Shown in pieces: positions 33,491 through 45,144 of a stretch of DNA of 64,000 bases (position 1 is the first letter of the stretch; every line of letters begins with the position of its first letter). Location: positions 1 to 64,000 of the IMG/VR virus record IMGVR_UViG_3300009503_000020; one strand, written 5' to 3'. The stretch is from a virus. A program made the position numbers and the translations under genes. A model generated the notes under the pieces. The model saw only the letters and a list, made by a program, of their open reading frames with translations. It ran no database searches and was not told the origin of the DNA.

Positions 33491-34113
33491 AAATGAGAAA
33501 GAAGAAAGTGAGTTACGCATACTTCTGTGACATCTGTGGGAAGCAGATACTTGATGTTGGACAAGAGGTACCCAGATGTGCTCTCTGTGGGAAGGAGATA
33601 TGTCTAGACTGTTCTCGTTTTATCTGTAAAAGGGCTCCAGTAGCTCAAGGAACATCAGGTGGCTTCTCTTGGCAACTTATTCCATCTCCACAGTATACTG
33701 AGGAACTTAGAATATGCAAGGAGTGCACTGATTCTCTCAAGCTTACTCTTCATGTAGTTGCTAGGAAGAATAAAAATGGAAATAAAGATAACAGACATTA
33801 AAGTCTACCACCATAGCTTGTTGCCATCGGAGAAAGCAGTAGACATAGAAGTATTCTTTGTAGCCAAGAAAGGTGAGTACTTCTTCTGTGCTAGTTCAGG
33901 AGTATTCACTTTGTATTCGTGGTTGTCTGAAGATGATATGAAGACTGTCATCTATAGACAGATAGTAGAGATGGCTAAAAAAGAATATGAGAAGTGGAAA
34001 GAAAAGAAACAAGAAGAAGATAAACTGTTAAGAAACTATCCTTGGGTTAGACAATTGAAAGGAAAAGTTCCTGAAGTCTATATCCTGTCAGATAAGTTAG
34101 AGGAGAAACCTAA

Positions 34114-34512
34114 ATGACTACTTGGGTAACTAAAGTCTTGGGCTTTCAGTCTATGACTGATGTCTTTCCTAAAGATGCTATTGCTATCTCCTTACTAGAC
34201 TTACAAGATGGATACAATGAGCCAGAACTTATCTTCAGAAAAGCAAAGAAGATACTAGAAGAACTAGCAAGAGGAAAGAGAGTTATTTTGTTCTGTGCAG
34301 CAGGTCTGAGCAGAAGTCCTGGAATGGTAGCATTGATAATTGCCTTTGAGACTTATATGCCTTACAGAGAAACCTTGTACTTGATTAAAGATGACATAGC
34401 TCCTTGGATTCAAGTTAACCCTGACTTTCAAGATGCTTGTGAACAAGCTCTCTCAATCATGAATGCTAAACTAGTAAAGAGGAGTAAATATGAAGCTCAA
34501 ACCGAAGGCTGA
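34114..34512 (+). CDS. Dual-specificity/PTP-like phosphatase
   Basis: LFCAAGLSRS is a CX5R P-loop. Confidence 0.75.
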   Translation: MTTWVTKVLGFQSMTDVFPKDAIAISLLDLQDGYNEPELIFRKAKKILEELARGKRVILFCAAGLSRSPGMVALIIAFETYMPYRETLYLIKDDIAPWIQVNPDFQDACEQALSIMNAKLVKRSKYEAQTEG

Positions 34513-36304
34513 GAATTCTAAGAACAAGGAAGACCTTCTTGCCTGGAACAAAATACTTTACACACCAGAGTCTTGTATCTATTATATGAGAGGAGATTGT
34601 TACTTGAAATGCTTATATGGTAAGTTCTCAGGTGATGGTTTAGCCTGTAGAGGTATTTGCAAGGCTTTTATTCCTATGACTAGAGAAAATACAAGTCCTT
34701 CAAAATACTTATATGACCTAGAAACTCAAGCTAAGATGTATTAAACAAGATAGGAGCAATAAAATGTTTGGACATAAGAAGAAGAAAAGCATGGGTACAC
34801 CTGCTAATGTCTCTTATTCAACTTCCAGTTCATCTTCAACAAGCTCTACATCTGCAGTTACTCCTGTTATTTATACAACCAGCATAGTGCCTTGTGTTCT
34901 CCCAGAAGTTGGGAGATGTGAGATCTGTGGAGAGAAAGTATATGGACAAATCTATGAATGTCAACTTTGTGGGAAGAAGACCTGTGGAGAGCATATTAGA
35001 GTGATAACTCGTCTTTCTCATTTCTATGTGACTTCTTCAACATTTGTAGTTTACACTGTTTCTCCAACTCCTGTTAACCCTATAGCTCAAGATGATATCT
35101 ATATCTGTACTTCTTGTGCAGATATTCTCAAGCTATCATTAAGAGTAGCAGCTAAAAACGGAGAGAACAAAAATGACCAACCAGAGAAATGAGTTAGCTA
35201 AGAAGTTAGATGAAAAAGCATACTATGAATATATTAGAGAAAGAGATAAGAAGAGAAAGGAGAGAATAGAGCGAATAGTTAGCTTCATACTTCACTTAAC
35301 TGGAACTCATGTCATAGACTACTCTCCAACGGTTGTTTACTTAGGAAAAGAAGCTCGTAATTTCTACAAGTGCAAAGTCTGTAAAGCAGAATTCACTTCT
35401 GATGGTTTAAAAGTGCAAGCTTTCAAGTGGTTTGCAACACTTGTTGGACTTGTCTCAGCTACAGCAGTAAATGAAGCTATTGGATTCTATAAAGATCAAA
35501 TCTTCTTAGTTTTGTTTCCTCTGCTCATACTACATTTAGCTACAGGAATAATAAACTTATTTGCATGTGTGCGGGAACACTGATGGAAGAGAAAATATGT
35601 GCTAGGTGTGGTAAGCCTATCAAAGATAGGAAACGCTTTCTTCTTATCTTAGAGGAGAGACCTCGTTACAGAACCTATTACCAACCAACTCCTTTAGGTC
35701 TATACTTTCATGAACGGTGTGTCAAGAGAATATCAGTGAATGTTAGAAATCTCTATGACCTGATTAAAGTAATGAACAAGTTAAGTGATCAAAAATGAAG
35801 GAGAAAAAGAAGACACAAGATATCTGGGTAGCACCTAAGAGGTGTCCTCTTATGAAGAGTTGTGAAGAGGATGTTCCTTGGGATACTTTTGAAGCTATAT
35901 GTGAGACTCAGAACTGGGTATTCTGCAAGAAAGCAGAGAAGGCTGCTAAGAAGTATAAACGTAAACCATATGAGTGGAAGCTTATACATGAACTTGGAGG
36001 TTTGCCACATGGAGTTTAGAAAGGTTTATCAATATTCAAAGATAGAAAATACTCAGGGAAACAAATCATGGTCAAGAGAAAGAGAAGAGCCATCAGAGGA
36101 ATCTGTGAAGACTGTGGAAACTACGACACCCTCCAAGAAGTTGACGGACTGTGGCTCTGTGAGACATGCAGAAGAATGCGATCATGATTGGGAAGAAATT
36201 GGATGTCTGATTACATATCCTAAAGATGAAGTAACTGATGGTGGAAGACCTTATTCAGGATATATGGAAGTACAAGATGAGTTTGTTGTATGTTTATGTA
36301 AGAA

Positions 36305-37579
36305 ATGTGGAGAAGTGAAGTTGAAATGGAATCCATGGAAGAGAATACTAGAGTAAAAGAATGGGAATCACCTGCAGAACGACTAGACAAGTTGGCTAAG
36401 GAATTGAAGAGAAAGAGAAGCCTACAACGCATAAGAGGCATAGTTTCTGATATCTTAGTATGCAAACCTTCTGACTTGCAAGACTTTTCATTTAATGTAG
36501 GTGCACACAAGTTCAGAGGAGTTCTTTATTCTAAGAGAAATAGTCTGATGGGTACTCTGATTTATCTTTGGGATAACAAGCCTGGCATCCTCAGAGGTTA
36601 CCCAAAAATCAAGTATTCAGAAGACTCGAGGTTGCTTGGGAAAGAAGTTATTGCACAAGAAAAGTGCGACGGGACGAATCTGTTGCTTTGGAAGTTCCCA
36701 GATGGAACAATAGGTGGAAAGACTCGCTTGACTCCATATTGGAAAGGTCACAAATCATTCTTCTTCAAGACAGAAACATGGGAAGATCTCTTAAAGAAAG
36801 CAGACAATGGAGAAACTTATCCTAAGATAAAGAAACTCTTAGAGGACATGAATGTTGCTGTATGTGGAGAATTGTATGGATCAGAGTTAGCTCATGACTT
36901 TGTACACTACAAGTTTCCTCCTATAGGATTTAAGGTATTTGATATCATTGACAGAGAGACTATGAGATTCCTTCCTCCTTTGAAAGCTCTTAAGATAGCA
37001 GATGACTATGGAATTCCTAGAGTAGAAGTAAGATGGCAAGGAATATTAACTAAGAAAGAAGTTGAACGCATTGAATTTGAATTGACTAAGTCTCTTGATA
37101 TAGAAGAAGGATGGGTTGCTAAAGCATACTTCCCTAAAGAGAATGATTGTTATTTCTGTAAACTTAAGTGTGAAAGTGTTAAGGAACGCTGTTGGGAAAC
37201 TACACACAAAGAAGGAATACCTAGAACAATTATCAGGAAAGCTATCCGTAAAGTATTAGAGAACTATCCTGAAGATAATACAATTGAGAGTATGGAACCT
37301 CATGTTATTGAAGAATTAAGAGAGGAAGTTGAACAGAGTTTCATAGATAAATCAATAGATAGAATAAGAGAGCAAATTAGGTACACACTTGTTCCTAATG
37401 ATGAGGCTCTCTTTAAACTAGTTATTGAGAAGATGAGAGAACTTAAAAAGAAAGGGTTAGACTTGACAGACAAGAAATCAGTCCTGCACAACTTAGCTAA
37501 TGAACTAGGAAACATAAATGGAAGCAAGATATACTTCCTGTATCTACAATCATTAAAGAAGCTAGAACAAGAAAAATAA
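36305..37579 (+). CDS. ATP-dependent RNA ligase (Rnl2/Rnl3-like nucleotidyltransferase)
   Basis: Motif I EKCDGTN, III CGELYG, IIIa FKVFDI, IV EEGWV, V KLK. The true start may be downstream. Confidence 0.8.
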   Translation: MWRSEVEMESMEENTRVKEWESPAERLDKLAKELKRKRSLQRIRGIVSDILVCKPSDLQDFSFNVGAHKFRGVLYSKRNSLMGTLIYLWDNKPGILRGYPKIKYSEDSRLLGKEVIAQEKCDGTNLLLWKFPDGTIGGKTRLTPYWKGHKSFFFKTETWEDLLKKADNGETYPKIKKLLEDMNVAVCGELYGSELAHDFVHYKFPPIGFKVFDIIDRETMRFLPPLKALKIADDYGIPRVEVRWQGILTKKEVERIEFELTKSLDIEEGWVAKAYFPKENDCYFCKLKCESVKERCWETTHKEGIPRTIIRKAIRKVLENYPEDNTIESMEPHVIEELREEVEQSFIDKSIDRIREQIRYTLVPNDEALFKLVIEKMRELKKKGLDLTDKKSVLHNLANELGNINGSKIYFLYLQSLKKLEQEK

Positions 37580-38487
37580 AGCTACCATGTTCATATGTAG
37601 GTAACATATTAAAGCAACCTGAGATGCCGATATAAGGTGTGGAGAAATGAAGATTACAAACAAGCCCTCATTTGAGTATAAGACTGCTAGAAAGGACCAT
37701 GTCTGCATGTTCTGTGGTGACATAATTCCAAAAGGTACAAAGTATTACTCTAAATCAGAGTACTCAAAGGAGTTGAGGAGACTCTTAGAAGAGAGAACTG
37801 GTTTTGATATCTATACAATAAAGAAACGTACTCACTTCTGGTATGTAGATAAAGTCTCTTGGGCATTCTGTAGTCTAAAGTGCATGTCGTTCTTCACTTG
37901 CTTGTCAGAAGATAAACTTCCAGAAGAAGTTAAGAAAAGGAAACAAGACAAGATAAACTCTATAGTAAATAATATAAGTGATACCCTAAATATGATGGCT
38001 TCTCTAGGTGGGTTAGAAGATAAACGAAAGCAAGATCCTCCTTGTACTTGTTGAGTAACATATATATTTCCAGAGTAACATTTAAAGGATGTGAAACGTA
38101 TGAAAGAAGAGAAAACCAAGTTAGGAGATAAGGTGCTAATCTCAAGCAAAACTGAATGTGTTCCTGAAGGTCTATCAATGAAAGAAGTTCCTCAGGGAAA
38201 AGTCTTTGACATAAGATACTACAGAGACAGAGAATGGGTCTTAATCTTCATGGATAAGAAAACATTTGAGTCTCTTAAAGCCTTGTGTGACAAGAGGAAC
38301 TTGGACATTAGAAAAGTGCTATATGGTTCTCTAATGAAGACTAAAGATTTGCTAGGTGGTAAAGATGAGTGAAGAAAACAAGTTAGATGGAGAGAGATTA
38401 GAGACTGAAGAAAGAGAAGACAGACAGAAGCAAAGGTGGTCTAACTTCAGAAGACAAGAAGAAGAACTTTCTAAGGAAGGATATTGA

Positions 38488-39348
38488 ATGCAAGAGAACC
38501 CAAGTTTTAAACAGGAGAACATGGAAGAGAGAAAGTCTATCAGAGTGTCTGAGCTAACAGACATTTGCCCAAGAAAGTTGCAGTTTGAATACCTTAACTA
38601 TCAAACAGATCCAGAGAAATATGAGACTGTGTTAGGCAGACTAAAGCACTACTTGTTTGAGACATACCTTAAGATTAATCCTGATGCTTACCAGAGCTAT
38701 TACATGACTAAGGTGCATCCCATAGTCCAAGTTCTTCTACCAAGAGATGCTCCTAAGTTTGCTATTGATATCCAAGAAACAGAAAAGAAGATTAAAACCT
38801 TCATGAAGAGTGATGAGGGTACAAGACTTAGGAATAACCCTATCTTACATATAGAGAAGGACTTGACAGTTAGGATTCCTTGTGAGCTACTTCCTGAGTA
38901 CAAGATACCAATAAATAAACCAATAGAGACTTTGAAACAATACTGCCTGTCTGGAAGACCAGACTTCAAAGTCAATAAGGAAATCTTTGAGATCAAGAGT
39001 AGAGAAAGTCTAAAGAAAGAAGAGGGCCTCCAAGCTGTTGCCTACAAGCTAATGTTTGATATAATAGAACCAGAAGTGAAGCATGTAAACAAGTATATCC
39101 TTCTTGGAGGTAAAACAATTAGAGTAAGTAGGAAACCATTCCTCACTTGGTTCTTAAAAGATGCAAGGAAAGAACTAGGCAAGAAGATAGAAGAAATGAT
39201 AGATGTCTATGAGAGAGTTGAGACCTCTGAGGAACTTCTTGAGAGAAATATAAGTTCAGACAAGTGTCAGTTCTGTGAATATCACTCAGTTTGTAATTCA
39301 ATATATAGACCTAGAAGAAATTGGAGAGTAATTAAAGTCAAGAGGTGA
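38488..39348 (+). CDS. Cas4-like PD-(D/E)XK nuclease with Fe-S cysteines
   Basis: DICPRK, SGRPDF..FEIKS, QAVAY, and C-terminal CQFCEYHSVC. Confidence 0.8.
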   Translation: MQENPSFKQENMEERKSIRVSELTDICPRKLQFEYLNYQTDPEKYETVLGRLKHYLFETYLKINPDAYQSYYMTKVHPIVQVLLPRDAPKFAIDIQETEKKIKTFMKSDEGTRLRNNPILHIEKDLTVRIPCELLPEYKIPINKPIETLKQYCLSGRPDFKVNKEIFEIKSRESLKKEEGLQAVAYKLMFDIIEPEVKHVNKYILLGGKTIRVSRKPFLTWFLKDARKELGKKIEEMIDVYERVETSEELLERNISSDKCQFCEYHSVCNSIYRPRRNWRVIKVKR

Positions 39349-40310
39349 ATTGTATGGAATTAAAAATAAACCCTATACTAGAGAAGGCTATTCCACCACT
39401 TAGTCCAGAAAAACAGAAAGCTCTGAAGAAGTCTATTCAGAAGTATGGTCAGAGAGAATCAATAGATGTTATGCCTGATGGAACTATCATAGATGGACAC
39501 CACCGTTACAAGATAATCAAAGAACTTGGACTCGAACCAAAGTATAAGGTTAATGAAGACATAACTACTATAGAACAAGCTCTAGAACTAGGCGAGTCTT
39601 TAAACACTGACAGAAGGCACTACAATACAGCTATGGCAATCTTGCATGCATACAATGTAGAAAAGTCTAAATTAGCTGCAGAAGCTGAGAAGAGAAAGAA
39701 AAGAGGAACCTCAGCGTCCCAGGACGCTAGGGTAGGTAAAACTGCTGGGATTATAGCAGAGAGGTTAGGGATCTCTGAACGCACTGTTGAAAGAGGTTTC
39801 AAGATAATCAGAGATGCTCCTGAAGAAATAAAGCAGTTATGGTTAGGTGAACAGGTGCTTACTCAACCAACTGCCACAGCTATAGAAGCTTTAGAAAGCA
39901 TTCCAGATGAGTACAAGGATAGGAAACAAGTCTTAATAGACATGGTTGTCAAAGATCCAGAGAGAATCACCGAAATCAAGAAGATAGTTGGAGAGACAAA
40001 TGCAGTAATTGCCATGTTGGATGGGGAACCAGATAAAGTCAGAGTTGAAGCAGAGAAGGTACTGAAACCATTATTCTTCACTCCAGACTTAAACATCAAA
40101 GAAGCACTGTGGAAAGTTGAAGAGATAGCAAAGACAGGGCATGTGATCACTAAAGGCAGGAAATGGGCTGATGAGATTGGAGAGACTTGGGAAGAAGCTC
40201 AAGCATGGTTTGCTCACTATGGAGGATATTGCATTGGAGAAGTGAAGGGCTGGGAAGGAGAATGGGATCACCAAAGAGAACAACTAGAAAAGAAAGAGCA
40301 GAAAGAGTAG
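39345..40310 (+). CDS. ParB/Srx-like N-terminal domain plus HTH protein
   Basis: LKKSIQKYGQ..IIDGHHRY ParB motif; HTH-like IIAERLGISERTVER. Confidence 0.75.
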   Translation: MNCMELKINPILEKAIPPLSPEKQKALKKSIQKYGQRESIDVMPDGTIIDGHHRYKIIKELGLEPKYKVNEDITTIEQALELGESLNTDRRHYNTAMAILHAYNVEKSKLAAEAEKRKKRGTSASQDARVGKTAGIIAERLGISERTVERGFKIIRDAPEEIKQLWLGEQVLTQPTATAIEALESIPDEYKDRKQVLIDMVVKDPERITEIKKIVGETNAVIAMLDGEPDKVRVEAEKVLKPLFFTPDLNIKEALWKVEEIAKTGHVITKGRKWADEIGETWEEAQAWFAHYGGYCIGEVKGWEGEWDHQREQLEKKEQKE

Positions 40311-40994
40311 CTTCTTGGCTAAAATGGCACCCAAACAATCCCATTCTCTCTCCAGAAGAGACCAGAACGTTTCTTGATTGTATAGAAGAAGTGAAACCTA
40401 TAGATGATCCTACCAGCAAAGTTGGAGATATAGTAGAAGCTCTTGTTCCTAATCTTCACTATGCTTACAATGTCTACCAGTGTCCTTTCTGTGAGAAAGT
40501 TTACAGTTCAGATGAAGCCATGCAGAAACATATAGAGCAGGTGAAGGAACAGGTAAAAGAAGTGGAAGAGGGAGAAGCAATTAGCCATCCTATTGTAGAG
40601 AAGAAGGACTTCAAGGAACTGCAGTCTGATATCTTTCTGAAGAGAGCTAGGGTTTACTATGAAGTAGTTAGGCCTGAAGAAACCCTTCCAATACCTTCGT
40701 CAGTAGAATACTCAGATGAGCATAAAAGAATAGCAACACCTAAGGCAAGAGAGCAACATGATTTAGACATGAGAGAATGGAGAGAACACATGAAAGCAAC
40801 AAACGGGAAAAGAAAGGCTGTGTTTCCAATACTTCCACATGGAAGCCTTCAAGAGAAAGGAGGCAAGGGTTGGTGGTACTGGACTGTCCAAATATGGAAT
40901 GAAGAACTTAAGATGTGGTTGCCAATGCCTGTCAAGTTAGCAAATTCTGTTCCAGAGAAAGTAAGAGTATTATGCTTAATAGCTATAGTGCCAG

Positions 40995-41249
40995 ATGAGT
41001 AACATGATAATCCTGTATACCTTACCAAGCTGTCCCAAGTGTCAAGTAATCAAAATGTATCTTACTACTTTAGGTGTCCCCTTTACAGAGAGAAATGCTA
41101 GTAACTTCCTTGCCTACTTAACATCTAAAGGCTTCAGAGAAGTACCAATCCTTGAGATCAATGGTGAGCTTTTCAACTGCACTTCTGTTCAAGAAGTAAT
41201 GTTTATCTTACGAAGCAAAGGATACTTAAGTGTGAGAGATGCATGGTAG
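40995..41249 (+). CDS. Glutaredoxin/NrdH-like redoxin
   Basis: YTLPSCPKC...GFREVPIL thioredoxin-fold motifs. Confidence 0.8.
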   Translation: MSNMIILYTLPSCPKCQVIKMYLTTLGVPFTERNASNFLAYLTSKGFREVPILEINGELFNCTSVQEVMFILRSKGYLSVRDAW

Positions 41250-43131
41250 AAATCTATGACTGTAGACAGAGAGAAAAGATAGTAACTAAAAGAGTAGGTG
41301 GAGACTTCGAACTAGCTGTGTATGATGACAAAGGAAACTTGATTACTAAGTATTGGTTAGAGATGAAGAGACCTTATAAGAAAACATTTGAGGAATTAGA
41401 AAAATTAATGGAGGAGTTTAAATGGCATCTAAAGAAACAGGGGAGAAGAAGAGCTTCTTCCAGACTTGGTTGAAAGTGAGGAGACTTAAGAAGAAAAGGC
41501 AGAAGTTCTTTTCTGAGGAGATAGGTCCCTCCAAGTATTCGATATTCCTTAGAGAAGTAGACAGTGCAGTGTTGAATATCTTGAAGGACTACCCTGACAA
41601 TGTCTCACTGTTAGACAAACTTGGAGAAGAATCCTCAAGATGGTTGAATGATATGCCTAAGATTAACCTCTCATCTTTCAAAGCAGGAGTTGTCTATGGA
41701 ATGTATGCTCTTCTTAAATCCAAGAGAGAGACTACAGCAAAAGAAAGCTATGTAGTTTAGGAGGTGAAGAGAGTGGCAACTAGAAAAATTCACATTGGAA
41801 CTTATGTCACTTTAGTTACTAGCATAGCTGCTTTGATGGCAGGAATACTTGAAGCAGGAGTAGGAGGTTTGCTAACCATTCCTCTTGTTCTTATTGCTCT
41901 GTTTGGTTCACTGCTAGGGTTAGTTCCATTCATTGGTCCTCTACTGTACTATTATGCAATAGGATATCTCTTTGGAATAATCCAGGAAGGAGCTCATGTT
42001 AGCATGCCTATTGCCTCACTTATCATCTTCTACACACACTTTGTCTTCTCAATAGTCTACTTCTTCATAACATCAACAGTGACTATCCTGTACTTGCTAG
42101 CTAAGAGGAAGAAAAGGTGAGGAGTTTTAAGCTAACATGTTTATATCTCACATTCTTCCTCCTGTATATCAAACTACTGAAATATTAAGAGGAGAGTGGT
42201 TAAATTAGGTAAACGCAATCAACTCTATGCTCAGTATGTGAGGATAATGCAGTCAGCAGAGGATCCAAATGAGATCTACCTGGTTCTCAGGAAAGATGCT
42301 CCTATGGATAGGAAATACATAAGGCAATTTGACAACATGTTTGCAGGGAAAGACATCATAGTATCTCTAACTTTATTGAAGAGAGGCCTTAGCAAGCAAA
42401 AAGCTAACGAAGAAGAGGAACAGGAGGAGAATCCATTTTGGCAGGTAGAAACATAAACAAATGTCCTAGTCGTGGTTACAAGAAAGGATGGCTAACAGGA
42501 TATGAGATAGAGAGACGTTACAATATCAGTGTAATCTTGGTTCCTCTTGAAGCATATATGTCTCCTATTTGTATCTGTGGCCATCATGCAAAGTACCACA
42601 AGAATCCTGGTTCTGCTGGTATATGTACAAAGTGTACAAAATGTGAAGGAGAAGTCCATAACTTTATTCCAAGAGAGCATGCTAAAGTGGTGAAGATATG
42701 ACACACTATGGAGAGAAAGGCTACTGTAGTCTTTGCCAGAAATGGATACCCAAAGAGCAACTCAAGAAACTATACATTAGAAAACTTAAAGTCTATGCCT
42801 ATTATTGTCCAGTACACCTCAAGCAAGTCAGAATGAAAGCAAGAGGCGTACCAATGTCAAAGGTAAAGGAGGGATAGGATACGACAGAAAAAGACAAAGA
42901 GCAGCTTAAGAGACTTGAAGAAATGATGAAGAAAAGAGCCAAGCCTGTTGATTGCCCATACAAAGATACTTGCACTCAGAAGGTCTTGCAAGGTGAAGCA
43001 GAGTTCCTTTGTAAAGACTTAGAGACAGATAGAGATGCTGTAATGCTACACATGAACAATAGACATGGTTGGGAAATGTGCAAAGTCTACCAAGACAAGA
43101 AACGGGAAGCTGAAGGCAAGCTTCCTCGAGA

Positions 43132-43515
43132 GTGGTAAGCTGCTTGTGTATTGAGAAATTATTTCCTCAAGTAACCAGAGACTTTAATGAATACAAGGAA
43201 CTAAGTGGTTCTGATTTACAGAAGCCATCTAAGGGAGTTAAAGCATACTATTACAATGGAATAATCTGGATTAAAGATCTTGATCCACTTAGGATAGCAC
43301 ATGAATACACACATTACATCTTGAACAGCTTGGGCAATTCCAATTTTTTAACTAGAAGATTTTTAGACTTAATAGATTTCATACAGGATAGTTTCTATCA
43401 TTATCTAAGATACAAAGGATCTAGAGATTTAGAAGCTAGACAAGTTATGATTGAAGGAATACACGAAATAGTAGAAGACATAAAAATGTGGATTACTTGT
43501 GAAGAGGTTTGCTGA
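43132..43515 (+). CDS. HExxH-containing protein
   Basis: IAHEYTH motif. Confidence 0.4.
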   Translation: MVSCLCIEKLFPQVTRDFNEYKELSGSDLQKPSKGVKAYYYNGIIWIKDLDPLRIAHEYTHYILNSLGNSNFLTRRFLDLIDFIQDSFYHYLRYKGSRDLEARQVMIEGIHEIVEDIKMWITCEEVC

Positions 43516-43583
43516 CAAGACTACAAATACAAGTGAAATGTTTATATGAAATGACTCTTGCAAGATAAGATGGAGAATAAAAT

Positions 43584-45143
43584 ATGGAAGAAGTAAGAGA
43601 CAAGATCCTACGTCAAATAGATGAGTTGGAGAAAACCCTCTTTGGCATGAGAGATGTTATAAAGATCTACATATTAAGCAAGGCTTGTGATTTGACTGTT
43701 CTATTGTTAGGAGCACATGCAACAGCTAAGTCTGCTCTCTCAAGAATGTGGTCAATAACCACTGGTTTGAACTATAGAATAGTAACTAGTTCTGAAGTCG
43801 ATGAAAGTTTGATTGCCTACATTGACCCTGCAGTCTTTAGAGAGAAGAACATTGTTCAAATGAGGCGAGGAGAACTTATGGAGAAGAACCACATCATAGT
43901 TGATGAATACTTTTTATGGCTTAACAAGTATAGAGCTAAGCTGCACCAACTCTTGGAAGAGAAAACATATGCTGGTCTAGATTCGCTTGTTTTCACATAT
44001 ACGTTTCTCTCCAACCCCTTATCAGACTTCTATGCAGGACAGATACCAGAAATTAATATGGCTTCAATTGACAGAATAGACTTATTTGTTCCAGTTAATC
44101 AACCATCAATAGTTCCTGCAGAGACTATGATGAGGAAGTTCTCTAAATATGGTAGAAAAGAAAGACCTCTGTCTCAGATATCTACATGGGAAGATTACTT
44201 GAAGGCTAGAGAGGAAATAATGCAAGTAAAAGTCCCTTCAAAGATAATAATCTGGCTAACGCTGTTTGCTCACTCTATGGCCTCATGCAAACATGTTAAA
44301 GACAAATGGAGCCTCTCTACTGCTAAACTCAAGAAGATGTGTCTCAATTGTAATGAAGTCAATCACTTGTGTAGCAAAGTCTGCCTTTCCAAACCTAGGT
44401 TCTTAAGAGCTACAATTTTACTTTCTAAAGGACTTGCTTGGTTAAATGGAAGAGATACTGTAACATTTCAAGATATCAATGAGGCTATCCTGTACACTCT
44501 TCCTCATAGACTAGCTTGGATACAAGAAGAACTCTCATACTCAGAATCTCTTGAGAAAGTACATGAGCTAGTTCAACAATTTAATGATGACATGCTAGTC
44601 TGGAAGAACAGAGGAGTGTTTTCTCAACTAGCCAAGATAATAGAATCAAGCAAAAGTGTTCCACCTAAGTATGAAGATAAGATAGGCCAAGAACTGAGTG
44701 CAGATGTCTCAGAGATTCACATACTGAAGGAGTTCATTGCTGAAACCTTAAACTCAGTTAAAGAGGATGTTAGTAGTTACTACTTTGTAGAAGCTAGCAA
44801 TAAGACTTACAAGACACTGAAAGAACTACAGGAATTCCTAGAGAAGTCAGGACTTAGTCCTTTTGAAAGAGATGTTCTTGCATTCAAGATAAGTCCTCCT
44901 AACTTGTCTTACATAATTCCAAATAATCCTGAGAACATAGAGAAGTTAATTGACACTCTAATCAACTGGCACACAAGAGAACAAGTAACTATAGATGATA
45001 AGACAATACTTGAGAGGAAGTTCTCCGAAGCAATAATCTTTGACTCAGAACTAGTCAAGATACAAGAAGAAACAGGAAGTGCTAAGTTGCTGTTTCCAGA
45101 TGAGAAGAAAAGGAATGCATTTGTGAAACTGTGGGAGGCATAA
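43584..45143 (+). CDS. MoxR/RavA-like AAA+ ATPase
   Basis: LLGAHATAKS (variant Walker A), IIVDEY Walker B, SIDRI, and a C-terminal lid (LPHRL). Confidence 0.75.
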   Translation: MEEVRDKILRQIDELEKTLFGMRDVIKIYILSKACDLTVLLLGAHATAKSALSRMWSITTGLNYRIVTSSEVDESLIAYIDPAVFREKNIVQMRRGELMEKNHIIVDEYFLWLNKYRAKLHQLLEEKTYAGLDSLVFTYTFLSNPLSDFYAGQIPEINMASIDRIDLFVPVNQPSIVPAETMMRKFSKYGRKERPLSQISTWEDYLKAREEIMQVKVPSKIIIWLTLFAHSMASCKHVKDKWSLSTAKLKKMCLNCNEVNHLCSKVCLSKPRFLRATILLSKGLAWLNGRDTVTFQDINEAILYTLPHRLAWIQEELSYSESLEKVHELVQQFNDDMLVWKNRGVFSQLAKIIESSKSVPPKYEDKIGQELSADVSEIHILKEFIAETLNSVKEDVSSYYFVEASNKTYKTLKELQEFLEKSGLSPFERDVLAFKISPPNLSYIIPNNPENIEKLIDTLINWHTREQVTIDDKTILERKFSEAIIFDSELVKIQEETGSAKLLFPDEKKRNAFVKLWEA

Positions 45144-45144
45144 C

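Larger units (their letters stand above)
28562..36356 (+). other. Cluster of about 30 small hypothetical ORFs
   Basis: Overlapping + strand ORFs with RBSs; many zinc fingers and small membrane proteins. Confidence 0.7.
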
